A stretch of DNA of 64,000 bases from Calditrichia bacterium (GTDB taxonomy: Bacteria; Calditrichota; Calditrichia; RBG-13-44-9; J075), in NCBI GenBank assembly GCA_050633245.1, contig JBOEGD010000011.1, positions 192,001 through 256,000 on the forward strand, read 5' to 3'. A model generated the notes under the pieces. It was given only the letters and a program-made list of their open reading frames with translations, was not told the origin of the DNA and ran no database searches. This document shows, in pieces, positions 47,346 to 57,399 of the stretch (position 1 is the first letter of the stretch; every line of letters begins with the position of its first letter). The translations under genes and the position numbers were made by a program.

Positions 47346-48998
47346 ATGACGAAGCGAGAGGTTGCGCTGTCAATCTTTTTTCTGATGGTATTGACGGCAA
47401 CATTCGTATATAGCGAGCTAAAAGATGAGCCAATTAAGGCCTCTGACGTAAAGTCTGCACAAAGCATGCTCGATCTTTCATTTACCGATGTGGAAATTGA
47501 CAGTATGATTGAGGGATTGCAGGAGAACCGTCGAAATTATCGCGATATTCGTGGTGTTGAACTGTCCAATAGCGTGATGCCGACGGTTCAGTTTCATCCC
47601 TTGCCGACAGGGTTTAAGTTTGAGAGAGGAGCTTCAACGTTTTCGTTAAAACCAAATTTGCAGATGAAGCGTCCGAAAGATCTAGACGAGTTGGCATTCG
47701 CCTCCATCCGCGATCTGGCAGGATTGATAAAGCAGCGCAAGGTGAGTTCTGTTGAATTGACGACGCTTTATTTAGATCGTCTGAAAAAACACGGTCCAAC
47801 ATTAGAATGCGTTATTTCGTTGATGGAGGAACGTGCCATGGAGCAGGCACGCCTGGTAGATAAAGAGCTGGCAGCAGGTACATATCGTGGATTATTACAC
47901 GGCATTCCTTATGGGGCAAAAGATCTGCTGGCTGCAAAAGGAGCAAAAACGACCTGGGGTGCGGAAGCCTACAAAGACCAAACGATTGATATGGATGCTA
48001 CGGTAATCCGTAAGTTGGAGGATGCTGGTGCCGTTCTCGTTGCAAAGTTAACGCTCGGAGCTCTCGCTTGGGGTGATGTGTGGTTTGGTGGAAAAACTCG
48101 CAACCCCTGGAATCTGGAGCAGGGGAGTAGTGGCTCTTCTGCCGGATCGGCCTCGGCAACATCTGCGGGCCTGGTGCCATTTGCAATTGGTTCAGAAACC
48201 TGGGGATCGATTGTTTCTCCAGCTACGCGGTGTGGAATCAGCGGACTTCGCCCAACCTATGGTCGTGTGAGCAGACATGGTGCAATGGCACTCAGTTGGA
48301 GTATGGATAAGCTGGGTCCGTTAGCGCGCTCGGTCGAGGATTGCGCCATCGTGTTTAACGCTATTTATGGACAGGATGAAGCTGACCCAACATTGTATAA
48401 CGCACCATTTTCCTATGGCAAAAAGGTTGATATTAAGAAGCTGCGCATCGGATATCTAAAAGCCGCTTTTGATGCAGATAGTGCCGGGAAGGCTTACAAT
48501 GATGCTGCACTTAAAACATTGAGTGGACTTGGCGGCAAGCTGATTCCCGTTGAGCTACCGGATTATCCCACCTGGGATATCGGATTTGTTCTTTCAGCAG
48601 AAGCCGCTGCCGCTTTCGATTTGTTGACGCGCAGCAATCGCGACGATTTACTGGTGCGGCAGATTAAAAACGCCTGGCCGAATGTTTTTCGAGCATCGCG
48701 TTTCATCCCGGCGGTAGAGTACATAAATGCAAATCGCGTACGCGGCCTGATCATAAAGGAAATGGCTGAGGTCATGAGCGAAGTCGACGTCTATATCGCA
48801 CCGTCTTTTGGAGAGAATTTACTGCTGACCAATTTAACAGGTCATCCCTGTGTGGTGTTGCAAAATGGATTTGACGATAAGGGGAATCCTGTTAGTATTA
48901 GTTTAACAGGCAGGCTGTTTGACGAAGAAACCCTGCTGCAGGTTGCTCAGGCGTTACAGGAAGCAAACACGCATCATACCAAACACCCGGTGCTGTAA
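47346..48998 (+). CDS. Amidase signature family protein (secreted)
   Basis: GIPYGAKD, SSGSSAGS, GSETWGSI. Confidence 0.93.
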   Translation: MTKREVALSIFFLMVLTATFVYSELKDEPIKASDVKSAQSMLDLSFTDVEIDSMIEGLQENRRNYRDIRGVELSNSVMPTVQFHPLPTGFKFERGASTFSLKPNLQMKRPKDLDELAFASIRDLAGLIKQRKVSSVELTTLYLDRLKKHGPTLECVISLMEERAMEQARLVDKELAAGTYRGLLHGIPYGAKDLLAAKGAKTTWGAEAYKDQTIDMDATVIRKLEDAGAVLVAKLTLGALAWGDVWFGGKTRNPWNLEQGSSGSSAGSASATSAGLVPFAIGSETWGSIVSPATRCGISGLRPTYGRVSRHGAMALSWSMDKLGPLARSVEDCAIVFNAIYGQDEADPTLYNAPFSYGKKVDIKKLRIGYLKAAFDADSAGKAYNDAALKTLSGLGGKLIPVELPDYPTWDIGFVLSAEAAAAFDLLTRSNRDDLLVRQIKNAWPNVFRASRFIPAVEYINANRVRGLIIKEMAEVMSEVDVYIAPSFGENLLLTNLTGHPCVVLQNGFDDKGNPVSISLTGRLFDEETLLQVAQALQEANTHHTKHPVL

Positions 48999-49643
48999 AT
49001 GAAGAAGTTGAGCAAGCAGCAAAAAGCTAATGAAATAGCAGATATCTTGCAGGAGCATTATCCAAACCCTCCCGTCCCGCTCGACCATAACGATGCTTAT
49101 ACACTACTGGTTGCGGTTTTGCTGTCTGCGCAATGTACAGATGAGCGAGTGAATAAGGTGACACCTGCACTGTTCGAGCTGGCCGACAATCCGGCGGAAA
49201 TGGGTAGCAAAGAAGTTGACGCCATTCGTGAAATTATTCGTCCATGTGGTCTGTCTCCGCGCAAGTCGAAGGCGATTTATGATCTGTCAAATATTATCAT
49301 GGATAAGCATGGTGGTAAGGTGCCGCAAAGTTTTGAGGAATTGGAAGCACTGCCGGGGGTCGGACATAAAACAGCGTCGGTTGTAATGGCGCAGGCTTTT
49401 GGCGTCCCTGCTTTTCCGGTTGATACGCATATTCATCGTTTAGCCTGGCGATGGACACTCTCAACGGGTAAGAATGTTGAGCAGACTGAAAAAGATCTGA
49501 AGCGCTTGTTTCCGAAAGACATCTGGAATGACCTGCATTTGCAGATCATTTTTTTTGGTCGGGAATATTGTCCGGCGCGCGGACACGACCCCAATGTCTG
49601 TCCAATATGCAGCAAATATGGACGGCGATCAATGTTTAAATAG
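48999..49643 (+). CDS. nth: Endonuclease III
   Basis: LLSAQCTD, LPGVGHKTA (HhH), PVDTH. Confidence 0.93.
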   Translation: MKKLSKQQKANEIADILQEHYPNPPVPLDHNDAYTLLVAVLLSAQCTDERVNKVTPALFELADNPAEMGSKEVDAIREIIRPCGLSPRKSKAIYDLSNIIMDKHGGKVPQSFEELEALPGVGHKTASVVMAQAFGVPAFPVDTHIHRLAWRWTLSTGKNVEQTEKDLKRLFPKDIWNDLHLQIIFFGREYCPARGHDPNVCPICSKYGRRSMFK

Positions 49644-49698
49644 CGGGCATCGGGTATCGAAAAATACTACACATATTAAAAATACGAATATACACTTT

Positions 49699-49740
49699 TC
49701 ACCAATCACCAATCACCAATCACCAATCACCGATCACCGT
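49699..49740. repeat. Heptamer tandem repeat (TCACCAA)x4 plus two degenerate units
   Basis: Lies between convergent stop codons. Confidence 0.85.
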
Positions 49741-49741
49741 T

Positions 49742-51127
49742 CTACAAATTCAATTCATACCGCGCGCCTTCGGCTGCAACAACCACATCCCAACCATAAC
49801 GTTCGCGAATTTTACCCGCCATTGATTCCGCTGCATCCGGTTCTCCATGAACAAGGAAGGTCTTTTCCGGTGGCTTGTTGAATGCCATAAGCCATGCCAG
49901 AATCTCATTGTAATCGGCATGCCCGGAATAGGCACAGAAGTTCTCGATCTTTGCTTTCGCGGGAATGTAACGTCCGTGAATCTTGACCTTGTCCATGCCG
50001 TCAAGCAGAGTTCGTCCACGCGTACCAGTCGCCTGATAACCCATAAACAACACCGTGTTCTTCGGATCTGGTAATCGCTGTACCAGATGATGCAGAATGC
50101 GACCACCGGTTGCCATGCCACTGGCAGATATGATAATCGCCGGCCCATCGTCATTGTTGATGGACTTAGACTCTTGTCGTGACTTGCAAATTTTTAGCTT
50201 TTGTGGTCGGAAGATTTCTTTGCCCTCAATCGTAAGAACTCTACTTGTCAGGTTTTGATCGGAAATGCGATCGTTAAAAATCTTCGTGGCATCGATGGCC
50301 ATCGGTGAGTCGACATAGACAGGTAAGGCCGGAATCTTTTTCTCCGCTTCCAGCTCACGCAACACATATAAAATAGTTTGGGTGCGTCCTACCGAGAATG
50401 CTGGTATCAGCAACACACCGCCATTGTCTATACTGGCATTAACAACCTTTGCGAGCTCTGCTTTTGCATCAACAGTGGGGTGAAGCCTATTCCCGTAAGT
50501 CGATTCCAGAACAAGATAATCCACATTAAATGCCTGAACCGGATCTTTCAGGATCGGTTTGGATGGCCTGCCTAAATCTCCGCTAAATAGAATTTTGCGC
50601 CCGGAAGTGCGATGTTTGATATCGATATGTGCGGAACCAAGGATGTGACCCGCATCGCGATATTTAGCGCGATAATCGCCCAAATCCAGATTGTCGCCAT
50701 AGTGCAGCGGTTGAAAATGGCTGAGTGCCTTCCTGGCATCCGCAACGGTGTATAGCGGTAGTGCCGGCTTGTGTTTGGAATAGCCTTTCTTGTTGGCCCA
50801 ACGCGCGTCTTCTTCCTGGATATGTGCGCTGTCTGGCAAGAGAATATTGCAGAGATCCTGCGTTGGGTAAGTGCAGTGAATGCTCCCCGAGAAGCCATCA
50901 CGAAAAAGCCGCGGTAAATATCCGGTATGGTCGATATGGGCATGGGTGAGAAGCAGCGTGTCTATCGACTCTGGAGGAACCGGGAATTTATCCCAGTTTT
51001 TTAAGCGATTCTTTTTCCGACCCTGAAAAAGACCACAGTCAATTAATACGCGTTGATCATCTAGGTCGAGAAGGTGCCGGGAACCGGTAACGGTTCCTGC
51101 AGCACCAAGAAAAGTAATATGAGCCAT
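49742..51127 (-). CDS. MBL-fold beta-CASP ribonuclease
   Basis: DCGLFQG, THAHIDH, AGHILG, SGDLG, ESTYG, YSGHAD, LVHGE. Confidence 0.93.
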   Translation of the reverse strand: MAHITFLGAAGTVTGSRHLLDLDDQRVLIDCGLFQGRKKNRLKNWDKFPVPPESIDTLLLTHAHIDHTGYLPRLFRDGFSGSIHCTYPTQDLCNILLPDSAHIQEEDARWANKKGYSKHKPALPLYTVADARKALSHFQPLHYGDNLDLGDYRAKYRDAGHILGSAHIDIKHRTSGRKILFSGDLGRPSKPILKDPVQAFNVDYLVLESTYGNRLHPTVDAKAELAKVVNASIDNGGVLLIPAFSVGRTQTILYVLRELEAEKKIPALPVYVDSPMAIDATKIFNDRISDQNLTSRVLTIEGKEIFRPQKLKICKSRQESKSINNDDGPAIIISASGMATGGRILHHLVQRLPDPKNTVLFMGYQATGTRGRTLLDGMDKVKIHGRYIPAKAKIENFCAYSGHADYNEILAWLMAFNKPPEKTFLVHGEPDAAESMAGKIRERYGWDVVVAAEGARYELNL

Positions 51128-51224
51128 GCCATCTCCTTTGTATACGAAATTTCAGTCATCATCGAGGCTCAGATAACTAACGGCTTCCGGTGCAAAATGT
51201 CAAGCTAAAGCAGGATAAGGGCAT

Positions 51225-51253
51225 AAAAAAACAGGCGCCCGAATGGGCGCCTG
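51225..51253 (-). terminator. Rho-independent terminator
   Basis: CAGGCGCCC-GAAT-GGGCGCCTG with a T tract on the minus strand. Confidence 0.8.
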
Positions 51254-51287
51254 CAGATATGTGTCTCTTAATAAACCGAAGAAAAAC

Positions 51288-51536
51288 TTAGGCTTTTTTG
51301 AACAAACTAACAATAAACATCAACAATCCACCACCAACTGCAGAACCACCGATGTCACCCAGTAAGCCTGCTGACTGCATAACGCCGAGTGCATCCAACA
51401 ATTGACCGCCGATTCCACCACCTAGAACACCAACTATAGTATTCCAGAGTGTACCAAGGCTTTTTGCCTTCATTGCCAAACCAGCCAGGTTTCCACCTAC
51501 GGCACCACTGATAAGTTGCATTAAAATTGCTTCCAT
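51288..51536 (-). CDS. Small Gly-rich membrane protein
   Basis: GGAGG RBS, LISGAVGGN...SLG...N.I.G.LGG.IGGQ. Confidence 0.8.
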   Translation of the reverse strand: MEAILMQLISGAVGGNLAGLAMKAKSLGTLWNTIVGVLGGGIGGQLLDALGVMQSAGLLGDIGGSAVGGGLLMFIVSLFKKA

Positions 51537-51702
51537 ACTAAAATCCTCCAATAATTGGAATTTACCTAATGAGTTAATCAAGGGCGATGTAGTAAAAAGG
51601 TAAGTGTTTTGTCGGATATCGGCAAATTTATGGTAGGATTTTTTTCGATAGAGGATTTCACCGGCTCAGTGAAGACCGAGCCAGTGAAAGAGGAAGTCTA
51701 TT

Positions 51703-52866
51703 CTAATTGGTGCCCAGCTGCTTCTTCAGCCGCTCTACATTCTGGCGATAAATGTCCGTATTGGCGTGATTGGTTTCCTTGGCCAATGTCCATGCCTTTG
51801 TATAACTTTCAAGCGCCAGCTTCGCGTCTCCATTGGCGTCATAAGCATCGCCCAAGCTGTCATATACGTTTGCAGACTCAGGGTATTTTTCGACATTTCG
51901 CTTTAATACTTTGATCGCTTCGGCGTATTCCTCGCTGCCGATGTAGCGATAGCCGAGTTGATTCACAACGCCCTCAGGGGTCGGAATGTCAAACCGGAAT
52001 TGCTTTGAAAGCTTTTTAAAATGAGCATCTATTTGCTTTAGTGTACCTTCGCGGGCTATTTCATTCGGCATTCGCCATCCTTCAAATAACATTGACAGGC
52101 CGTCATAGGTCGTTTTGAAAGGAATACTGCCATGGCTTTCGTCAGGCATGTATTCATATGCCCAGCGAATTTGCTCAGCACCATATTCTTCAAGTGTGTT
52201 TGCAAGGCGCTGTATGGGCTCCAGCATGCGAGGGCCTTCTTCGCCCATAGTCATGTAGAGAAATTTGTCGGTGGTAAGTTCTCTACTGAATTCACGTTCT
52301 GCATCGACAAGTAGACGTTGATTATCCCACCATAAGCTTGGGCTAATGGCAATATAGGCGTCAAACGATTCCGGTTCCGTCAGCAGGGTATTGATAGCAA
52401 AGAGTCCGCCGAAGGAGTGACCAATTAGCAGCTCGAATTTCTCGGTGCGATAGTTATTGTTGATGTGCGGCTTTAGTTCACTATTGATAAACTTTAAAAA
52501 TGCTCTGGCACCGCCACCGGCAGTGCGCGTGGTATCGTACTTCATTTCCGGCGTTAAGTCGCGGGTGCGATCCGTATTGGCAATTGCCACAATAATCATT
52601 TGAGGAGCATTTCCTCGACCAGAGAGAAAATCCAGCGAACCAAGCGTGTGCTTATAGTGTCCGGGGCCGTCCAATAAATAGAGCACCGGATAACGTCGCG
52701 TGCTGTTTTCATAGCCATCGGGATGCGATACCCATATAGTGCGTTCTTCGCCGAGCACTTTAGACGTAATGGTAATTTGTTCGCCACTGACAATTGGCCT
52801 CGGTTCGTTAGCGAAGAGGGGTATTAAAAATAGAAGAACAAAAAAGGTTGTTAACAGCTTTTGCAT
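51703..52866 (-). CDS. Secreted alpha/beta esterase (IroE/Fes-like) with a C-terminal TPR
   Basis: YPVLYLLDG, RTRDLTP, GHSFGG, ISPSLWW, ESH, and TPR-like YPESANVYDSLG. Confidence 0.9.
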   Translation of the reverse strand: MQKLLTTFFVLLFLIPLFANEPRPIVSGEQITITSKVLGEERTIWVSHPDGYENSTRRYPVLYLLDGPGHYKHTLGSLDFLSGRGNAPQMIIVAIANTDRTRDLTPEMKYDTTRTAGGGARAFLKFINSELKPHINNNYRTEKFELLIGHSFGGLFAINTLLTEPESFDAYIAISPSLWWDNQRLLVDAEREFSRELTTDKFLYMTMGEEGPRMLEPIQRLANTLEEYGAEQIRWAYEYMPDESHGSIPFKTTYDGLSMLFEGWRMPNEIAREGTLKQIDAHFKKLSKQFRFDIPTPEGVVNQLGYRYIGSEEYAEAIKVLKRNVEKYPESANVYDSLGDAYDANGDAKLALESYTKAWTLAKETNHANTDIYRQNVERLKKQLGTN

Positions 52867-53101
52867 AATGCCTCCGAATGCAATGATGATTTATGACTGA
52901 TGATTTATTCGTTATACTTGATCTCATTAACGATTCGAAAAGCTCAACGTATTGCGTCACACCGAGCGTAGTCGAGGCGCTGGGACAGACAAATCTTCCC
53001 TGTCCGGCATCTGATTTTAGAATGATAATAGATAATTATACCTCGAGCAATGGAAAACAATAGCAACGAACTCCCCTGGAATGCAAGTAACACAATGAGA
53101 A

Positions 53102-54001
53102 CTACAACGTTGCTAAACTCATGTTTACCATCGCACCTGCAACGTGCCCACTTGAAACGGCAAGTGTAACCGAACGCATGGGGGATGCACAGTCGCCACA
53201 AGCGAATACGCCTTCAAGACTGCTTTGTTGACCCATGTCGACTTCAATATGCCCTGATTCGATCATTGCGCAACCGAGGCTCTCAGGCAGTATACAGTGT
53301 TGAGTTGAAGGGACGGTTGCATACATTGCAGATAAACGTATCTGTTCTCCGTTCTGTAAAATGACGTGATTCATTCGCCCGTTATCATGTTCTATTTTAA
53401 CTACCTCAGACTCCACAATCTCGATATTGTTTCGTTTTAATGCTGCGTGCTGCTCCTCTGAGAACTCAGCTTGCCCATTTGTCAAAAGGACAATGTCTTT
53501 TGATAAGTTGTAAACCAGCATTGCATAATGGAATGCAATTTCTCCGTTTGCCATGATGCCCGTTTTCTGATCACGGACCTCATAGCCATGACAGTATGGG
53601 CAGTGTATTACCGAGATTCCCCAGCATTCGGCAAATCCCGGTATGTTTGGCATCTCATCCTTTACACCGCTGGCAAAAATGAGTCGCTTTCCGCTTAGAA
53701 CGTCCCGGTTTTGCGTCTCAATTTCGAAGCCCTCTTCAATGCTTCTACCTGAAACGACCGTGTCACTTAGAAACGAAATGGACTCGTATTGTGCAACCTG
53801 TTCCTTTGCGAGAGAAGCAATTTCTTTCGGGGGTTTACCATCCTGCGTTAAAAAATTGTGAGAGTACGGGGTCTGGCGATTACAGGGATTCCCGCTATCA
53901 ATTATCAAAGTCTTCCGTAAGGAACGTCCAAGCGTCATCGCTGCAGCGAGCCCGGCATAACTACCTCCGACAATTATGACATCATACTCTTTCTTGCTCA
54001 T
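53102..54001 (-). CDS. Thioredoxin-reductase-like FAD/NAD(P) oxidoreductase
   Basis: IVGGSYAG, HCPYCHG, FACGD. Confidence 0.9.
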   Translation of the reverse strand: MSKKEYDVIIVGGSYAGLAAAMTLGRSLRKTLIIDSGNPCNRQTPYSHNFLTQDGKPPKEIASLAKEQVAQYESISFLSDTVVSGRSIEEGFEIETQNRDVLSGKRLIFASGVKDEMPNIPGFAECWGISVIHCPYCHGYEVRDQKTGIMANGEIAFHYAMLVYNLSKDIVLLTNGQAEFSEEQHAALKRNNIEIVESEVVKIEHDNGRMNHVILQNGEQIRLSAMYATVPSTQHCILPESLGCAMIESGHIEVDMGQQSSLEGVFACGDCASPMRSVTLAVSSGHVAGAMVNMSLATL

Positions 54002-54285
54002 TACTAATCCCTTTATACTTGCCGAATTTTAGTGTGAAAAAGGTAGACAACATTTCTTTTATCAAGACGCTTTAATCTCAGACATATATAAAATTGAAAG
54101 CCATAGATTTTATGCTTCAATAATGAGCAATAAGGCTGGGATATGTATTTGATGAACCTCAAAGTTGTTACGTCTCTTGAGTCTTGGAGGTTTCAACTGC
54201 TAATAGAAACTTTTTCGCTTTTCCGTGGCCCTTGTTTTGTGTGGTATGCAGCCTGAAGTTATGAGAATTGAAGAAATGAACTGTA

Positions 54286-55740
54286 TCAGCTGGATGTCTG
54301 GATCAGGCTTTGGCCAACCTCGCTAATAACCTCAAGCAGGTAATCTGTCGTGGCCTCGGTCTTTCTATGATTGATTAAACATGCTCGTAAAACGAACTCG
54401 CCTTTCAACTTTGTGCCGGTAATGAAAACGCGACCATCTTTTTCCAAGGCCGGAATCAGGTCTTTATTTAGCTGAATAATCTGTTCGGTATTAGTTAATC
54501 CACCGGTGTAACGAAAACAGCTGATTGCCAGCTTCGACATCGCAACAAGCTCGAAGTTATTTGATTTTCTCACCTGTTTGTTCAGGTAATTGGTAAGGTC
54601 GATGTCTTTCTGCATCATGGCTTTAATGCGTCTCATGCCGAATGCCTTGATGCTCATCCATACCTTCAGCGCCTTGGCGCTTCTGGACAATAGGAAGTGA
54701 TGCTCATTAAATTCTAGTCTGCCAGTGCCTTGTTCAAGCGATTTATCCAGATAGGTAGCCTCTTTAAAGTAGGAGCGTTTTAAATGGCTCCAGCTCTTAA
54801 CCAGTAAACATCCTACCTCAAATGGCTGATATAGCCACTTGTGAAAATCGAGCGCAACAGAGTCTGCCAAATCGATTCCCTTATACAGATGTCTTTTCGA
54901 ATCCAGGGATGCAATTAAACCGCCATATGCACCGTCGACGTGAAACCAGAGGTTGTATTCCTTTGCAACGCTTGCTATCGCGGCTAAATCGTCAATTGCC
55001 CCGGTGTTGACCGTTCCGGCATTGCCGATGACGCAAAATGGCTTTAGATCATCTTTAATGTCCTTCCGGATCTGTTCTTGCAGTGCCACAATATTGATCG
55101 TGAAATCGGCATTGCTCGGAATACAACGTAGTTGGTTCGAGCCAATGCCAAGTAGCTGAATGCTTTTGTCTACGCTGTTGTGCGTTTCATCGGAACAGTA
55201 AACGACCATCGGTTTCATTCCAAACATGCCTTTTGCCCGAACTCCGGCATCCTCAAAATAAATATTTCTGGCAACAGTCAGGCCATCCAAGTTTGCCGAA
55301 GATCCGCTGGAACCGATAAATCCACCGATATCTGAGCCAAATCCAATTAATTCCGCCGCCCATTGAATAACGCGCTTATCGATCTCCGTAATGGCTGGGG
55401 ACAGGTGCCATTTGGCCACGTTCTGATTAATGGTTGCCGCAAGCTGATCTGCAACGATTCCCACCTGATTTCCACCCGCCATTACGTAGGCATACATATG
55501 TGGCCCGAGATTGCCGGTTGCCGTATTCAGCACCTTCTCTTCTACCATCTGCAGCAGCTCCTTCACCGGCATGCCGTCTTCCGGCAGACTTTCTTTAAAC
55601 CAGCTTTCTACCTCGGTCTGCTCGAAATAGCGATAGCCTTTTAGGTTCATAACGTCTTCAAAGTGCTTTAATATCAGCTCGTTGCTCTGGTTCAGTAGCG
55701 TCTTGAATTCTTCTTGCGAAAAGTCTAGGGAGTTTTTCAT
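54286..55740 (-). CDS. Group II PLP-dependent decarboxylase
   Basis: AGTVNTGAID, HVDGAYG, DFHKW. Confidence 0.92.
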   Translation of the reverse strand: MKNSLDFSQEEFKTLLNQSNELILKHFEDVMNLKGYRYFEQTEVESWFKESLPEDGMPVKELLQMVEEKVLNTATGNLGPHMYAYVMAGGNQVGIVADQLAATINQNVAKWHLSPAITEIDKRVIQWAAELIGFGSDIGGFIGSSGSSANLDGLTVARNIYFEDAGVRAKGMFGMKPMVVYCSDETHNSVDKSIQLLGIGSNQLRCIPSNADFTINIVALQEQIRKDIKDDLKPFCVIGNAGTVNTGAIDDLAAIASVAKEYNLWFHVDGAYGGLIASLDSKRHLYKGIDLADSVALDFHKWLYQPFEVGCLLVKSWSHLKRSYFKEATYLDKSLEQGTGRLEFNEHHFLLSRSAKALKVWMSIKAFGMRRIKAMMQKDIDLTNYLNKQVRKSNNFELVAMSKLAISCFRYTGGLTNTEQIIQLNKDLIPALEKDGRVFITGTKLKGEFVLRACLINHRKTEATTDYLLEVISEVGQSLIQTSS

Positions 55741-55944
55741 TTGTTGGCTTATTCCATGGCGTTGTTTTGGTTGAACTGTTAAAACATAAGCTGGATTCGG
55801 TTCACTTGCCAGAAATTTGAGATAGATTTAGTTTGGAGGTGGGAGATGGAAATAAAAAAGGCGGAGAAACTAGTAGTTAGAATTGTATACCCAACAAACC
55901 AGAACAATTAATATTAGACACAAACGTTATGAGAAAAACTGTTT

Positions 55945-56493
55945 ATGAGAAAAACCATTTTAATCTTTGCATTTCTTAGTAGTATGCTTTCCATACAGGC
56001 ACAAACAGATGGTGAACAATTAAAAGATAAAAAAGTAACATTAGGCTTGCGTACTGGTTATGAATTTCAAGCTAACAGTAGTAGTCTAAGTTATGAACTT
56101 AAATTACCGTTGATAGGAATTTGGTCCGATTTTAAGTTTAGTGACAATTGGAGTTTACAATTAGAATTAAACCTAAGGTCTGAAAAAAGAGAAAGACTTT
56201 TTAATAATGGTTTTAGAGAATCTATTGATGAGCTTTATTTAACAGGCCCGGTATTGTTAAAATTTCACCTTAACAAAAAGTTTAACATATATACTGGTAC
56301 GCAAGTTTTGTCAGCTTCTTTAGTAAATGATATTTTTGGCATAAAAAAATGGAATGGTATTCTGGGTATAGAATATTTTACAGTAAAAAATATCTTTTTT
56401 GACGCGCGCTTTAGACATGGTTTTGAGGGACAAAGATCCATTAACAACTTTCGAGATAACAGAATAAGTATTGGTATTGGCTATAAATTTTAA
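55945..56493 (+). CDS. Outer-membrane beta-barrel (porin-like) protein
   Basis: Signal peptide, alternating beta strands, C-terminal IGIGYKF. Very AT-rich. Confidence 0.8.
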   Translation: MRKTILIFAFLSSMLSIQAQTDGEQLKDKKVTLGLRTGYEFQANSSSLSYELKLPLIGIWSDFKFSDNWSLQLELNLRSEKRERLFNNGFRESIDELYLTGPVLLKFHLNKKFNIYTGTQVLSASLVNDIFGIKKWNGILGIEYFTVKNIFFDARFRHGFEGQRSINNFRDNRISIGIGYKF

Positions 56494-56789
56494 ACAAAAA
56501 AATAACTTCTATAGCAGGTTTGGTGTTGGGCAATTGTTGGGGAGCCAAAACAAAGAAAAACAACCCTGATAGTAAGTGATGGAAACATTTTTGGTGCCTT
56601 GAAGACCATACAAGCCCTATGGAATTACGTGGGCGGTGACTTTGAATTAAATGGCTACGGCAATGGTGCGGGCAAACTCGGCATCGGTGACGCCGTTGAG
56701 GATACGGGCGATTCCAAACCAGTCTCGTCGGGCAAGTTTCTCTTTGTGTTTTTGTATGTCTTGGATTACCTTTCGCTAAGCTAGTTGTG

Positions 56790-57203
56790 TAGAGCGGTGC
56801 AGTTGAGCCTTCAAAGGGAATTGTGATCAAGAATGTCACAAAATTCAAAGTTAACGCTAATTGGTTGTTGGTAGGTGAGGGATCTATGTTTAACTCCTCC
56901 GAAACGCCGGCCACTGAAATTAAAGATTTCCATCTTCAACTCGAGCCAGCCCTGGCTGAGGAATTAGAAGAGTTGAAGGGTAAGAGTAAGGATGAGTTGG
57001 CGAAAGAGGTCCTGAGGTTGGCTCAGCAGAATGAACAGTTGATTATTGCGATCGATATTCTGAGTCGGCTGAGGTCTCCGCTCGATTATAACCAGGCGAT
57101 TGAGAACCAGGTCGCTGTCTTAACACGAGCGGTAGATTCTCTTATGCAAAAAGATGAGGTGAGAGAGAAAGCAGAAAAGAAATCTGAAAAAGAAACCGCA
57201 TAG
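56790..57203 (+). pseudogene. 5'-truncated XRE/cI-like repressor
   Basis: In frame upstream of ORF 56823: *SGAVEPSKGIV...VNANWLLVGEGSM. This is the typical tail of an XRE HTH, with TAG at 56790 where Glu would be expected. Confidence 0.6.
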
Positions 57204-57399
57204 ATTTTATCACAAGTTCATTTAAATACTTGTTTTAAACCTACCAAATAGAACTTGCTACCAGCAGAAATCAGTTATAGATTAATCGCTATAGTTGTAT
57301 AGTTTTATCTACTCCCCGTTTAGACTGACAATTTATCAAGCTGCAAATTGTTTTAATAACTAAGCAGATGCTAGTTATCTATTCCATTTTGGAGCGATC

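Noticed and set aside
54010-54280. Possible decayed GNAT fragment (QNKGHG) on the minus strand
   Set aside because: The motif is too short and is surrounded by stop codons, so it cannot be supported.
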